Assembly: GCA_964016885.1 (NCBI GenBank)
Contig: OZ024747.1
Coordinates: 74,338,001-74,402,000 of the forward strand
DNA from: Eledone cirrhosa
Lineage: Eukaryota
Direction of reading: 5' to 3'
Length of the DNA stretch: 64,000 nt
Shown: piece after piece, positions 1 through 15,494 of the stretch
How the letters are laid out: every line of letters starts with the position of its first letter
Position numbering within the stretch: the stretch's first letter is position 1
Program-made: the position numbers and the translations under genes
The notes under the pieces: model-generated
Database searches by the model: none
The model's input: only the letters and a program-made list of their open reading frames with translations
Told to the model about the DNA's origin: nothing

Positions 1-2820
1 CACTACAACCGCTACTGTAACCACTACCACCACCACTGCCACTACAACCGCTACTGTAACCACTACCACCACCACTGCCACTACAACCACTATTGCTACC
101 ACTACAACCACCACTGCCACTACAACCACTACTGTAACCACTACCACCTCTACTGCCACTACAACCACTACTGTAACGACTACCACCACCACTGCCACTA
201 CAACCACTACTGTAACCACTACCACCACCACTGCCACTACAACCGCTACTGTAACCACTACAACCACCACTGCCACTACAACCACTACTGTAACCACTAC
301 AACCACCACTGCCACTACAACCGCTACTGTAACCACTACCACCACCACTGCCACTACAACCACTACTGTAACCACTACAACCACCACTGCCACTACAACC
401 ACTACTGTAACCACTACCACCACCACCGCCACTACAACCACTACTGTAACCACTACCACCACCACTGCCACTACAACCGCTACTGTAACCACTACCACCA
501 CCACTGCCACTACAACCGCTACTGTAACCACTACCACCACCACTGCCACTACAACCGCTACTGTAACCACTACCACCACCACTGCCACTACAACCACTAC
601 TGTAACCACTACAACCACCACTGCCACTACAACCACTACTGTAACCACTACCACCACCACCGCCACTACAACCACTACTGTAACCACTACCACCACCACT
701 GCCACTACAACCGCTACTGTAACCACTACCACCACCACTGCCACTACAACCACTACTGTAACCACTACCACCACCACTGCCACTACAACCGCTACTGTAA
801 CCACTACCACCACCACTGCCACTACAACCGCTACTGTAACCACTACCACCTCTACTGCCACTACAACCACTATTGCTACCACTACAACCACCACTGCCAC
901 TACAACCACTACTGTAACCACTACCACCACCACTGCCACTACAACCACTATTGCTACCACTACCACCACCACTGCCACTACAACCACTACTGTAACCACT
1001 ACAACCACCACTGCCACTACAACCGCTACTGTAACCACTACAACCACCACTGCCACTACAACCACTACTGTAACCATTACCACCACCACTGCCACTACAA
1101 CCACTACTGTAACCACTACCACCACCACTGCCACTACAACCACTATTGCTACCACTACAACCACCACTGCCACTACAACCACTACTGTAACCACTACCAC
1201 CACCACTGCCACTACAACCGCTACTGTAACCACTACCACCACCACTGCCACTACAACCGCTACTGTAACCACTACCACCACCACTGCCACTACAACCGCT
1301 ACTGTAACCACTACCACCACCACTGCCACTACAACCACTACTGTAACCACTACAACCACCACTGCCACTACAACCACTACTGTAACCACTACCACCACCA
1401 CCGCCACTACAACCACTACTGTAACCACTACCACCACCACTGCCACTACAACCGCTACTGTAACCACTACCACCACCACTGCCACTACAACCACTACTGT
1501 AACCACTACCACCACCACTGCCACTACAACCGCTACTGTAACCACTACCACCACCACTGCCACTACAACCGCTACTGTAACCACTACCACCTCTACTGCC
1601 ACTACAACCACTATTGCTACCACTACAACCACCACTGCCACTACAACCACTACTGTAACCACTACCACCACCACTGCCACTACAACCACTATTGCTACCA
1701 CTACCACCACCACTGCCACTACAACCACTACTGTAACCACTACAACCACCACTGCCACTACAACCGCTACTGTAACCACTACAACCACCACTGCCACTAC
1801 AACCACTACTGTAACCATTACCACCACCACTGCCACTACAACCACTACTGTAACCACTACCACCACCACTGCCACTACAACCACTATTGCTACCACTACA
1901 ACCACCACTGCCACTACAACCACTACTGTAACCACTACCACCACCACTGCCACTACAACCACTACTGTAACCATTACCACCACCACTGCCACTACAACCA
2001 CTACTGTAACCACTACCACCACCACTGCCAGTACAACCACTATTGCTACCACTACAACCACCACTGCCACTACAACCACTACTGTAACCACTACCACCAC
2101 CACTGCCACTACAACCACTATTGCTACCACTACAACCACCACTGCCACTACAACCACTACTGTAACCACTACAACCACCACTGCCACTACAACCGCTACT
2201 GTAACCACTACCACCACCACTGCCACTACAACCACTACTGTAACCATTACCACCACCACTGCCACTACAACCACTACTGTAACCACTACCACCACCACTG
2301 CCAGTACAACCACTATTGCTACCACTACCACCACCACTGCCACTACAACCACTACTGTAACCACTACCACCACCACTGCCACTACAACCACTATTGCTAC
2401 CACTACAACCACCACTGCCACTACAACCACTACTGTAACCACTACCACCACCACTGCCACTACAACCACTATTGCTACCACTACCACCACCACTGCCACT
2501 ACAACCACTACTGTAACCACTACAACCACCACTGCCACTACAACCGCTACTGTAACCACTACCACCATTACTGCCACTACAACCACTACTGTAACCACTA
2601 CCACCACCACTGCCACTACAACCACTACTGTAACCACTACCACCACCACTGCCACTACAACCGCTACTGTAACCACTACCACCACCACCACTGCCACTAC
2701 AACCACTACTGTAACCACTACCACCACCACTGCCACTACAACCACTACTGTAACCACTACCACCACCACTGCCACTACAACCACTACTGTAACCACTAAC
2801 ACCACCACTGCCACTACAAC
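1..2820. repeat. 39-bp minisatellite (CACTACAACCGCTACTGTAACCACTACCACCACCACTGC), ~72 copies, runs off the window start
   Basis: 39-bp period read directly; variant units recur at a 741-bp (19-unit) spacing. Confidence 0.95.
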
Positions 2821-5820
2821 CACTAACGCCACTACTGCTTCTAGAACCACTACTGCTACCACTACTACTAATACTGTTACCACTACCACTACCACTACCA
2901 CTACAACCACCACTTCTACTGCCACTATCACATCTCTACCTTATCATTGTATCTAATGTAACCACCACAACCACCACTACCACCACCACAACTACCACTA
3001 CCACCGTCGGTATCACCACCACTATCACCAGCACCACCACCACAACCACCGCAACCACCACTACCACTACCGCAACCACCACTATCATCAGCACCACCAC
3101 CACAACCACCACAACCACCACTACCACCACCACAACCACCACTACCACCACCGCAACCACCACAACCACCACTACCACCACCACAACCACCACTACCACC
3201 GTCGGTATCACCACCACTATCACCAGTACCACCACCACAACCACCACAACCACCACTATCACCAGTACCACCACCACAACCACCACTACCACCACCACAA
3301 CCACCACTACCACCACCGCAACCACCACTATCATCAGCACCACCACCACAACCACCACAACCACCACTACCACCACCACAACCACCACAACCACCACTAC
3401 CACCACCACAACCACCACTACCACCACCGCAACCACCACTATCACCACAACCACCACCACCACAACCACAACCACCACCACCATCACTGTTTCACTACAA
3501 TGGTATTTACCATCACTATACCTTCAGTATAACCATCTAGAAAATGTGCCGGTTCTCCGACGCCCCACCGTCACCATCACCATCACCACCATTACCATAA
3601 TCATAACCACTATTACAACCATCATCATACCATCAATACCATCAACACAAACACCATCAATGCAGCGATCACCACCACCGCCCCTACCAGCATCAACAGC
3701 AACAGCAATAGCAGCAGCAATATACCACCAGCAACAGCAACAGCAACAGAAAGATACTACAGCAACAGCAACAGCAACAGCAGCAGCAATATACCATCAG
3801 CAACAGCAACAGCAGCAGCAATATACCATCAGCAACAGCAGCAGCAGCAGCAGCAACAGCAACAGCAATATACCATTATCAACAACAGCAGCAGTAATAT
3901 ACTATCAGCAACAACAGCAGCAATACACTATCAGCAACAGCAGCAACAGCAATATACCATTATCAACAACAACAGCAGTAATATACCATTAGCACAACAG
4001 CAGCAGTAATATACTATCAGCAACAACAGCATTAATATACCATTAGCAACAACAGCAGCAGCAATATACCTCAGCAACAGCAGCAGCAACAGCAATATAT
4101 CAGCAGCAACAACAGCAGCATTAATATACCATTAGCAACAACAGCAGCAGTAATATACCATCAGCAACAGCAGCAACAGCAGCAGCAATATTACATCAGC
4201 AACAACAACAGCAGTAATATACCATCATCAACAACAACAGCAGTAATATATCATCATCAACAACAACAGCAGTAATATATCATCACCAGCAACAACAGCA
4301 GTAATATATCATCATCAACAACAACAGCAGTAATATACCATCACAGCAACAACAACAGCAGCAATATACCAGCAACAGCAACAGCAGCAGTAATATACCA
4401 TCATCAACAACAACAGCAGTAATATACCATCACAGCAAAAACAACAGCAGCAATATACCAGCAACAGCAACAGCAGCAGTAATATACCATCATCAACAAC
4501 AACAGCAGTAATATATCATCATCAACAACAACAGCAGTAATATACCATCATCAACAACAGCAGTAATATATCATCACAGCAACAACAACAGCAGCAATAT
4601 ACCAGCAACAGCAACAGCAGCAGCAGTGCAATTAACATTACCGTTCTCGCAACCACCTGACACAGCTATTACCACTACCACCACCAACAACAACAACACC
4701 AACACCCACACCAATACCACAACCACTGCCACCACCACCACCATCAACGACACCAACACCATCACAACCACTACCACCACAACACAACCACAACAACACA
4801 ACCACTACCACCACCATCAACGACACCAACACCAACACAACCACTGCTACCACTACTACCCCCACAACAACACCAGACCCACTACCACCACAACACAACC
4901 AAAACCACAACACCACCACAACACCACCACCACAACGCCACCACAACACCACCACTACACACACCACCAGAACACCACCACAACACAACCACCACACCAC
5001 GACGACCACTACCACCACACCACCACAAGCACAACACCACCACAACACAACCACAACCCCACGACGACCACTACCACCACACCACGACGACCACTACCAC
5101 CACACCACCACAAGCATAACACCACCACAACACAACCACAACACCACCACAACCACAACACGTACTGTTGTTACCGCTGTCTTTGAAAGTACACTTCTTT
5201 CCTCGTTCATTCTTCTAAGTGTTCTCCATATTTCTGTAGCACCACTCCTACCACCATCACCACCACCACAGAAGCCGTCACTATTATCAACACCACCACA
5301 ACCATCACCATCATCTCCACCATCACCACCACAGAAGCAGTCACTATCACCATCATCATCATCACCACCACCACAGAAGCCGTCACTATCACCAACATCA
5401 CCACCATCACCACCATCATCATCACTAGCGCTATTACCACCGCCATCAGCTTCATCACCATCATAACAATCATAATTATTATTACAACCACAACAATAGC
5501 CACAACCACCACCACCACATCACCTCCACCACCACTACAACCACCACACCACCATCACCACATCACCACCACCACCACTACCACCATACCACCACCACCA
5601 TCAATCACCCCCACAACAACCACCACCACCACCACCACACCACCACAACAACCACCACAACCACCACCACAACAACAACCACCACTATCACCACCACCAC
5701 CACACCACCTCCATCACCACTACCACCACTACCACCACCACCACCACAACCACCACCACTACCACCACCACCACCACAACCACCACCACTATCACCACCA
5801 CCACCACAACAACCACTACC
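2821..5820. repeat. Degenerate (CAC/ACC)n, (CAG/CAA)n low-complexity tracts
   Basis: Trinucleotide-derived simple repeats; poly-V/T/Q ORFs are by-products. Confidence 0.9.
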
Positions 5821-6119
5821 TTCTGTCAGAACCACCACTCCAAATATATATTACCTGTAAACAAGGTAGTCACTCCACTTACTAGAAATAGCAACCACAT
5901 CTTTTCCAAATCACACACTTCTGTTCTAGAAAACGCCTTGGATCAAGTGGTCCTGCGTTCAGTACAAGTTGAAAAAAGACAGGATGGTCACGGCTGGAAT
6001 GTCTACAATTATAGGTCTGTCTGTTTAGTGAGGGCGACCCTGAGGCTAAACAACACCAAAAACCACCACCACTACTGTCACTACACAAATAGACAATATT
6101 TCACTACCACTACTACTAC

Positions 6120-6860
6120 TACCACTGTCACAAACAGTAGTGTGATTACTACTACCACCACCACCACTACCACAGTCACAAATGTAGTGTAACTACTAGC
6201 AGCACCACTACTACTGTCACAAATGTTGTGTGACTACCACTACTACCACCACCACCACCACCACCACCACCACCACTACCACCACCACTGTCACAACTCT
6301 AGTGTGACTACTACCATCACTACCACCACAACTACCACTCCCACTACCACTACCACTGTCACAACTGTAGTGTGACTACCACTACTGCTTCCACCACTAC
6401 CACTCCCACTGTCACCACCACTGTCACAACTGTGGTGTGACTACCACCACCACTACTGTCACAACTCTAGTGTGACTACCACTACCACCACCATTGTCAC
6501 AACTCTAGTGTGACTACTACCACCACTATCACCACAACTACCACTCCTACTACCACTACCACTGTCACAACCCTAGTGTGACTACCACTACTGCTTCCAC
6601 CACTACCACTCCCGCTACCACCACCACTGTCACAACTCTAGTGTGACTACCACCACCACCACCACTGTCACAACTCTAGTGTGACTACTACCACCACTAT
6701 CACCACAACTACCACTCCTACTACAACTACCACTGTCACAACTGTAGTGTGACTACCACTACTGCTTCCACCACTACCACTCCCACTACCACCACTACGG
6801 TCACAACTGTAGTGTGACTACCACTACCACCACCACTGTCACAACTCTACTGTGACCACC
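6120..6860. repeat. ~14 copies of a small hairpin motif GTCACA-N7-TGTGAC separated by (CAC/TAC)n spacers
   Basis: Repeated gtcacaactctagtgtgac / gtcacaactgtagtgtgac. Confidence 0.85.
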
Positions 6861-7494
6861 ACTACTGCTACCACCTCTATAGTAAGATATTACCTGTAAC
6901 TCTCACCTCCACCGCTACCATCATCGATTGTACTAAAAATACTACCACCGCCACTGCCACCATTATTTCACATAGCACCACTACTACTACTGCCACTACC
7001 TAACAATACCAGAATATTATATTACCTGCAACTACAATCATAACCACAACCAGCACCTCTGCCACCACTGTCACCACCACCACCACTACTACCACCACCG
7101 CCACCACCACCACCATCATCACCACCGCTACCACTACCATCACCACCACCAGCACTACCATCACCACCACCGCCACTAACACCAACACCAACAACACCAC
7201 TAACACCAACACCCCAACACCAACACCAACACCACCATCACCACCGCTACCACCACCTCCACCACCTCCACCACCACCACCACCACCACCACCACCACCA
7301 TCATCACGTCATTTCACTTTCTCATGTCTCGGCGGTTTCTATTTTTGTAATACTCAGACTTCCCCCTCTCTCACACCGCCATTCACTCTCTATGCTCACT
7401 ATTCTATATGTATATATATATATATATATATATGTATATGTATGTGTATATATATATATAATATATATATGTATATATATATTATATATATATG

Positions 7495-7554
<60 letters not shown>

Positions 7555-7576
7555 AAATGTTTCTTCTCTCTTCATA

Positions 7577-7609
<33 letters not shown>

Positions 7610-7737
7610 CATATATATACATACATATTTTCGTGACTACACACATTTATTTGCACAAACATAAATGCATAGATATTTTCGTGCGCATATACAAGAATGT
7701 ATTGTATATATATGTGTGGGGGGGGGGGGAGTGTTTG

Positions 7738-7772
<35 letters not shown>

Positions 7773-7894
7773 CTGTGTGTGTGTGTGTGTCCGTCTATAT
7801 TAGTATGTAATTACATAAACGTATGAATATTTCTGTGTGCACGCTTGGTTACATGTCTGCACATACATACATACACACATACAGACATACATAT

Positions 7895-8211
7895 ATGATG
7901 GCTGCCCTCTCGTTATCGAGTATGGCCATTGCTCGATAAACCATTATTAATAATTATCAATTAATTCTACCGTGCATTGCCTGTACCTGAAGATATTTTT
8001 TAAAGTGAGGAAAGACTGTGCACTGAGCCAGTCCCACTCTCTGAGCGACAGTAGCTATGACCAGAAAAGAAGAAAAGATCAACATCATCGGTAACTACTG
8101 AGTCGCAGGTTTTATATCGGAGTTATCCCAGTTTCCTGAGTTGCCTTCCCCTAGAAGAATGCCCTCACAAAGGCTAGGGGTCCTTCACTCCCAGTGGTTT
8201 AACCGCGCGGT
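7895..8211 (-). mobile_element. Non-autonomous RTE-derived short element (divergent subfamily), 5'-truncated
   Basis: 3' end GCAATGGCCATACTCGATAACGAGAGGGCAGCCATCAT nearly identical to the LINE 3' end at 42432-42473; body homologous to ~42005-42205; flanked by (TACA)n. Confidence 0.75.
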
Positions 8212-8478
8212 ACATACACACATACATACATAGACACATACATACATACATACATACATACATACATACATACATACATAGACACATACATACATACATA
8301 CATACATACATACATACATACATACATACATACATACATACATTCATACATACATACATAGACACATACATACATACATACATACATACATACATACATA
8401 CATACATACATACATGATTGCATGCATGCATATGTACATGCTTGGGTGTGCATGTATATATATATATATATATATATA

Positions 8479-8553
8479 GAAGTTGTTACACAACAGTTAG
8501 TTCACCATACCGAGAACAATTGTTTCACCACCGCGGGCGGATCTTCAGCATAC
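8479..8553 (-). ncRNA. Truncated minimal hammerhead-like motif (PLE type), same family as 22194-22312
   Basis: Minus strand CTGAAGA-tccgcccgcggtggt-GAAA-caattg-TT-ctcggtatgg; palindromic helix III; 5' helix I strand missing. Confidence 0.55.
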
Positions 8554-8725
8554 TTATATATCTACTCACACACATACACACATACACACTCACACATACA
8601 CACATACACACTCACACATACACACATACACACACACGCACATACACACATACATCCTCATATACCTACTCACACACATACACAGACACATATATATAAC
8701 TATTATATGTATATATATCCAGGGA

Positions 8726-8772
<47 letters not shown>

Positions 8773-9059
8773 TATATGAGTATGTATGTGTGTATGTGCG
8801 TGTGTGTGTATGTGTGAGTGTGTATGTGTGTATGTGTGTGAGTAGATATATAAGTATGTATGTGTGTATGTGCGTGTGTGTGTGTATGTGTGAGTGTGTA
8901 TGTGTGTATGTGTGTGAGTATGTATGTGTGAGTGTGTGTGTGAGTAGGTACATGAGTATGTATGTGTCCATGCGTAGTCACCAGTGAAACTGTAGTCCCA
9001 CTTTCTTCTCCAACTGACCAGACCAGCTGCTAATGTAGCGAATGGTCTACCCCTACCAT

Positions 9060-10542
9060 CTGGTGGTGGTGGTGGTGGTGGTGGTGGTGGTGGTGGTGGT
9101 GGTGGTGGTGGTGGTGGCGGCGGTGGTGGTGGTGGTGGTGGTGGTGGTGGTGGTGGTGGCGGTGGTGGTGGTGGCGGCGGTGGTGGTGGTGGTGGTGGTG
9201 GTGGTGGTGGTGGTAGTGGTGGTGGTGGTGGTGGTGGTGGTGGTGGTGGTAGTGGTGGTGGTGGTGGTGGTGGTGGTGGTGGTGGCGGTGGTGGTGGTGG
9301 TGGTGGTGGTGGTGGTGGTGGTGGTGGCGGTGGTGGTGGTGGTGGCGGTGGTGGTGGTGGTGGTGGTGGTGGTGGTGGTGGTGGTGGTGGTGGTGGTGGT
9401 GGTGGTGGTGGTGGTGGCGGCGGTGGTGGTGGTGGTGGTGGTGGTGGTGTTGGTGGTGGTGGTAGTGGTGGTGGTGGTGGTGGTGGTGGTGGTAGTGGTG
9501 GTGGTGGTGGTGGTGGTGGTGGTGGTGGTGGTGGCGGTGGTGGTGGTGGTGGTGGTGGTGGTGTTGGTGGTGGTGGTGGTGGTGGTGGTGGTGTTGATGG
9601 TGTTGGTGGTGGTGGTGGTGGTGGTGGTGGTGGTGGTGGCGGCGGTGGTGGTGGTGGTGGTGGTGGTGGTGGTGGCGGCGGTGGTGGTGGTGGTGGTGGT
9701 GGTGGTGGTGGTGGTGGTGGTGGCGGCGGTGGTGGTGGTGGTGGTGGTGGTGGTGGTGGTGGTGGTGGTGGCGGCGGCGGTGGTGGTGGTGGTGGTGGTG
9801 GTGGTGGTGGTGGTGGTAGTGGTGGTGGTGGTGGTGGTGGTGGTGGTGGTAGTGGTGGTGGTGGTGGTGGTGGTGGTGGTGGTGGTGGTGGTGGTGGTGG
9901 CGGTGGTGGTGGTGGTGGTGGTGGTGGTGGTGGTGGTGGTGGTGGTGGTGGTGGTGGTGGTGGTGGTGGTGGTGGTGGTGTTGATGGTGTTGGTGGTGTT
10001 GGTGGTGGTGGTGGTGGTGGTAGTGTTGATGGTGTTGATGGTGTTGGTGGTGTTGATGGTGGTGGTGGTGGTGGTGGTGGTGGTAGTGTTGATGGTGTTG
10101 ATGGTGTTGGTGGTGTTGGTGGTGGTGGTGGTGGTAGTGTTGATGGTGTTGATGGTGGTGGTGGTGTTGGTGGTGGTGGTGGTGGTGGTGGTGGTGGTGG
10201 TGGTGGTGGTGGTGGTGGTAGTGTTGATGGTGTTGATGGTGGTGGTGGTGTTGGTGGTGGTGGTGGTGGTGGTAGTGTTGATGGTGTTGATGGTGGTGGT
10301 GGTGGTGGTGGTGGTGGTGGTGGTGTTGATGGTGGTGGTGGTGGTGGTGGTGGTGGTAGTGTTGATGGTGTTGATGGTGGTGGTGGTGTTGGTGGTGGTG
10401 GTGGTGGTGGTAGTGTTGATGGTGTTGATGGTGGTGGTGGTGGTGGTAGTGTTGATGGTGTTGATGGTGTTGGTGGTGTTAATGGTGGTGGTGGTGGTGG
10501 TGGTGGTGGTAGTGTTGATGGTGTTGATGGTGTTGGTGGTGT

Positions 10543-10573
<31 letters not shown>

Positions 10574-10795
10574 GGTGTTGGTGGTGGTGTTGGTGATGGT
10601 GGTGATGATGATGGTGGTGGTGGTGTTGGTGGTGGTGGTGGTGTTGGTGGTGCTGGTGGTGGTGGTGGTGGTGGTGGTGATGGTGGTGATGGCGATGGCG
10701 ATGGCGGCGGCGGCAGCGGTGGTGGAGGTGATGGTGGTAGTGGTGGTGGTGTTGGTGGTGGGGAGTGGGGGGTGGGGTTAGTGGTGGTGGTGGTG
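9060..10795. repeat. ~1.7-kb (GGT)n microsatellite with GGC/GTT/GAT variants
   Basis: Direct reading; poly-V ORF is an artefact. Confidence 0.95.
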
Positions 10796-11802
10796 GTTCT
10801 ACTGCTGTTACTGCTAATGGTGCTATTACATCTACGCTACTTTTGTTGCAACATCTGCTACCACTGCCACTACCACCACTACTCATTCTGCTGGTGAAAC
10901 ATCTACTGCCCCTACCACTACTACTACAGCTGCTGGTGCAACGATGCTACCACCACTGCCACCACTGCTAGGGAATCTACCTGTGCAACCACCACTTCTA
11001 CTGCTGTTGGTGCTACCACTACCACTACTTCTACTACTGCTGGTGCATCCTCTACTACTACCGCTACTACAGCTGCTGGTGTAACGATGCTACCACTGCC
11101 ACTACCACTACTACTACTACTACTACTACAGCTGCTGGTGTAACGATGCTACCACTGCCACTACCACTACTACTACTACTACTATTACTACTACTACTAC
11201 TACTACTACTGCTACTGCTACTGCTGCTGCTGCTGTTGGTGCTGGTGCAACGTATACTACATCCGCAACTGCTTCTGGTGCATGATATGCTACCACCACT
11301 ATTAGTACTTCAACCTGTGCAACCTCCACGTCTACTGCTGGTGTATTATATACTACCACCACTACTGAGGATGTCACCTCTGCTACCCCACTCTACTACT
11401 ACCGCTACTGCTACTCCAGCGTATACAAACAGCACTTACTGGAGTAAACCTCTACTGCTACCACCGCTACTGCTGCAGTATATACCACTAATACTAGCAC
11501 TGCAACAACTAGTGCAACCTTTACTACTACCACCACCTCTAATACTGCTACAAAATATACCACTACTACTACTACCACCACCTCTAATACTAGTGGAACA
11601 TATACCACTACTACTACTACCACCTCTGATACTACTGCAGCATATACCACTACTGCTACCACTACTACAATTAGCGCAACTTCTGCTACAAACGTAGTTA
11701 TGCCGTGGTGTCATATACTACAACCAATACTACTGCAGGTGCATTCACTACAAATGCTAAGGCTTAGAATTTGACAACTACATCCGCTACTGGTGGTGCA
11801 AT

Positions 11803-11850
<48 letters not shown>

Positions 11851-11918
11851 GTGCTGCAGCTGTTGCTGTTTGTGAACCACCACTACTACTGCTGCTACTG
11901 CTACTACTACTGCTGCTA

Positions 11919-11949
<31 letters not shown>

Positions 11950-12329
11950 ATCATACGCTACAGCCACTACTACATCTGGTCCAGCCTACACCAGCCCTAA
12001 TACTACTGCTGCTGGTGCACCACTACTACATCTGGTGCAGCCTACTGCAGCACTACTACTACTGCTGGTGCACCATCACTACATCTGATGCAGTCAACAC
12101 CAGTCATACTACTTCTGCTGGTGGTGCACCATCACTACATCTGGTGCAGCCTACACCAGCCCTACTACTACTGCTGGTGGTGCACCATCACTACATCTGG
12201 TGCAGTCTACACCAACACTACTACTACTGCTGGTGGTGCACCATCACTACATCTGGGCAGTCTACTGTAGCAGTAGTATTGCTACTATTGCTGGTGCAAC
12301 ATATGTAGACACCACCACTGCTACAACTA

Positions 12330-13693
12330 CAGCTCCCAATCTACCCACCACTAATACAACTACAGCTACCAATCTACCCACCACTAATACAACTTCAGCT
12401 ACCAATCTACCCACCATTGCTACAACTACAGCTACCAATCTACCCACCACTGCTACAACTACAGCTACCAATCTACCCACAACTGCTACAACTACAGCTA
12501 CCAATCTACACACCACTGCTACAACTACAGCTACCAATCTACACACCACTGCTACAACTACAGCTACCAATCTACACACCACTGCTACAACTACAGCTAC
12601 CAATCTACCCACCACTGCTACAACTACAGCTACCAATCTACCCACCACTGCTACAACTACAGCTACCAATCTACCCACCACTGCTACAACTACAGCTACC
12701 AATCTACACACCACTGCTACAACTACAGCTACCAATCTACACACCACTGCTACAACTACAGCTACCAATCTACACACCACTGCTACAGCTACAGCTACCA
12801 ATCTACCCACAACTGCTACAACTACAGCTACCAATCTACCCACCACTGCTACAACTACAGCTACCAATCTACACACCACTGCTACAACTACAGCTACCAA
12901 TCTACACACCACTGCTACAACTACAGCTACCAATCTACACACCACTGCTACAACTACAGCTACCAATCTACACACCACTGCTACAGCTACAGCTACCAAT
13001 CTACCCACAACTGCTACAACTACAGCTACCAATCTACCCACCACTGCTACAACTACAGCTACCAATCTACACACCACTGCTACAACTACAGCTACCAATC
13101 TACCCACCACTGCTACAACTACAGCTACCAATCTACACACCACTGCTACAGCTACAGCTACCAATCTACACACCACTGCTACAGCTACAGCTACCAATCT
13201 ACCCACAACTGCTACAACTACAGCTACCAATCTACCCACCACTGCTACAACTACAGCTACCAATCTACCCACAACTGCTACAACTACAGCTACCAATCTA
13301 CACACCACTGCTACAGCTACAGCTACCAATCTACCCACAACTGCTACAACTACAGCTACCAATCTACCCACCACTGCTACAACTACAGCTACCAATCTAC
13401 ACACCACTGCTACAACTACAGCTACCAATCTACACACCACTGCTACAGCTACAGCTACCAATCTACCCACAACTGCTACAACTACAGCTACCAATCTACC
13501 CACAACTGCTACAACTACAGCTACCAATCTACACACCACTGCTACAACTACAGCTACCAATCTACCCACCACTGCTACAACTACAGCTACCAATCTACAC
13601 CCCACTGCTACAACTACAGTTACCAATCTACCCACCACTGCTACAACTACAGCTACCAATCTACACACCACTGCTACAACTACAGCTACCAAT
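12330..13693. repeat. 33-bp minisatellite (GCTACCAATCTACMCACCACTGCTACAACTACA), ~41 copies
   Basis: 33-bp period; open in two + frames and one - frame as expected for such a unit. Confidence 0.95.
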
Positions 13694-13844
13694 CAACAGC
13701 CTACAGACTAGCTTCCAACCTCCATCCTCCGACCTTCAACCTCCAACCTACGCCCCCACCAGCTACAGCCTCCAACTTCCAGCCACCAGCCTAAAGCACC
13801 TAACCTCACGTAGCTTCCAATAACAGCAGCACTACTACTATTAT

Positions 13845-13922
<78 letters not shown>

Positions 13923-14102
13923 AGTAACTGCTGCTGCTACTACTTTTCGTGTTATAGTGTTAGTGGTAAGGGTGGTGTAGTCGCTCTTGTGGTGATGGTA
14001 GTGGTGGTAATGGTTTTATTGGTTTTGAGTAGGGGGAACGGTGGTACAGACATAATTAGTGCTGGCTTAATAATTAAACAATATCACTGAATACATACAT
14101 AC

Positions 14103-14155
<53 letters not shown>

Positions 14156-14228
14156 GAGAGAGGAGAGAGAGGAGAGTGAGAGGGAGGTAGGGAGAGAGGG
14201 TTATTTTTTGTCTTATATTTTACTCCAG

Positions 14229-14339
14229 GGTCCAAGCTTTGACTTGTTTGTCAGACACTGTGACCCCGGGTTGACAAGGAGTGCCGTTGGTAGGGGTCGA
14301 AACTGCCTAAGTCCGTCTGAACAGCTGAATACCTTGGAG
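14229..14339 (+). CDS. Candidate internal coding exon (GPSFDLFVRHCDPGLTRSAVGRGRNCLSPSEQLNTLE), gene unknown
   Basis: Polypyrimidine tract + CAG acceptor at 14226-28, GAG|GTTTGT donor, 111 nt, only frame 0 open, GC-richer unique island between microsatellites. Confidence 0.35.
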
Positions 14340-14421
14340 GTTTGTATATGGGCAAGGTGCATACATCGAAGTGTGGTAGTTCTACACTGTTGGACCTATT
14401 GCTCGTGGTGGCCATCATATG

Positions 14422-14481
<60 letters not shown>

Positions 14482-15430
14482 CCGCGTGAGTATGTGTGTT
14501 TGTGTGTAAGTGTGTGTATGTAAGTGTGTATGTGTGTGTATGTGTGTGTATGTGTGTGTGCGCGTAAGTATGTGTGTGCGTGAGTATGTGTGTGTGCGTG
14601 AGTATATGTGTGTGTGTAAGAGTGTGTGTGTGTGTGTATGTGTGTGCGTGAGTATGTGTGTGTGTGTATGTGTGCGTGAGTATGTGTGTGTGTGTATGTG
14701 TGTGCGCGAGTATGTGTGTGTGTGTTATACATCTATGTTATACATGTATGTGTTGATGTTCCAAAGGGAGATTGCTAGTTGTTCCAGAAACTATGTCATT
14801 TATGACTCTGTCATCTTGTGTGTGTATGTGTGAGTATGAATGTATGTGTCTGTGTGTGTGAATGTGTGACTTTATGTGTGTGAATGTGTGACTTTGTGTG
14901 TGTGCATGCATATTATACGTGTGTATGCATGTATATTATATGTGCGTGTGTGCATGTATATTTAGGTGTCTGTGTGTGCATGTATATAATACATGTGTGT
15001 GTGTGTGCATGAATATTATACGTGCTGCGTGTGTACATGTATATTATTCGTGTGTGTGTGCGTATGTATATTATACATGCGTGTATGTATATCATATGCG
15101 TGTGTATATACTATACATGTGTGTGTATATATATTATGCGTGTATATATATCATATGTATGTGTATATATTATACATGTGTGTGTGTATTATATACGTGT
15201 GTGTGAGGGAGCCCACTGTTCCAGATATCATTTGAGGTTTCTATTGTGATACAAGGCCGGGACATGGTTGTTATTGTTGTTATTGTTGTTGATAACGCTA
15301 ATGATGCTACATTTTACTGCCAGCTTCCTGGTTTATGTAACAGTACAAATATTTACCAATTTCACGTTGTTATTTTTTCTCTGATTCAGTTTCTTCCATT
15401 TTGTTTTATTTTTGCCAAAAAGTAGAAACA

Positions 15431-15494
<64 letters not shown>

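Noticed and set aside
6120-6860. CRISPR array
   Set aside because: Spacers are (CAC/TAC)n simple repeats, there are no cas genes and the context is eukaryotic.
2936-13823. Long poly-V/T/L/H and TATNLPTTATT ORFs as genes
   Set aside because: Open on multiple frames and strands because the units are multiples of 3 derived from trinucleotide repeats; no domain, signal peptide or splice support.
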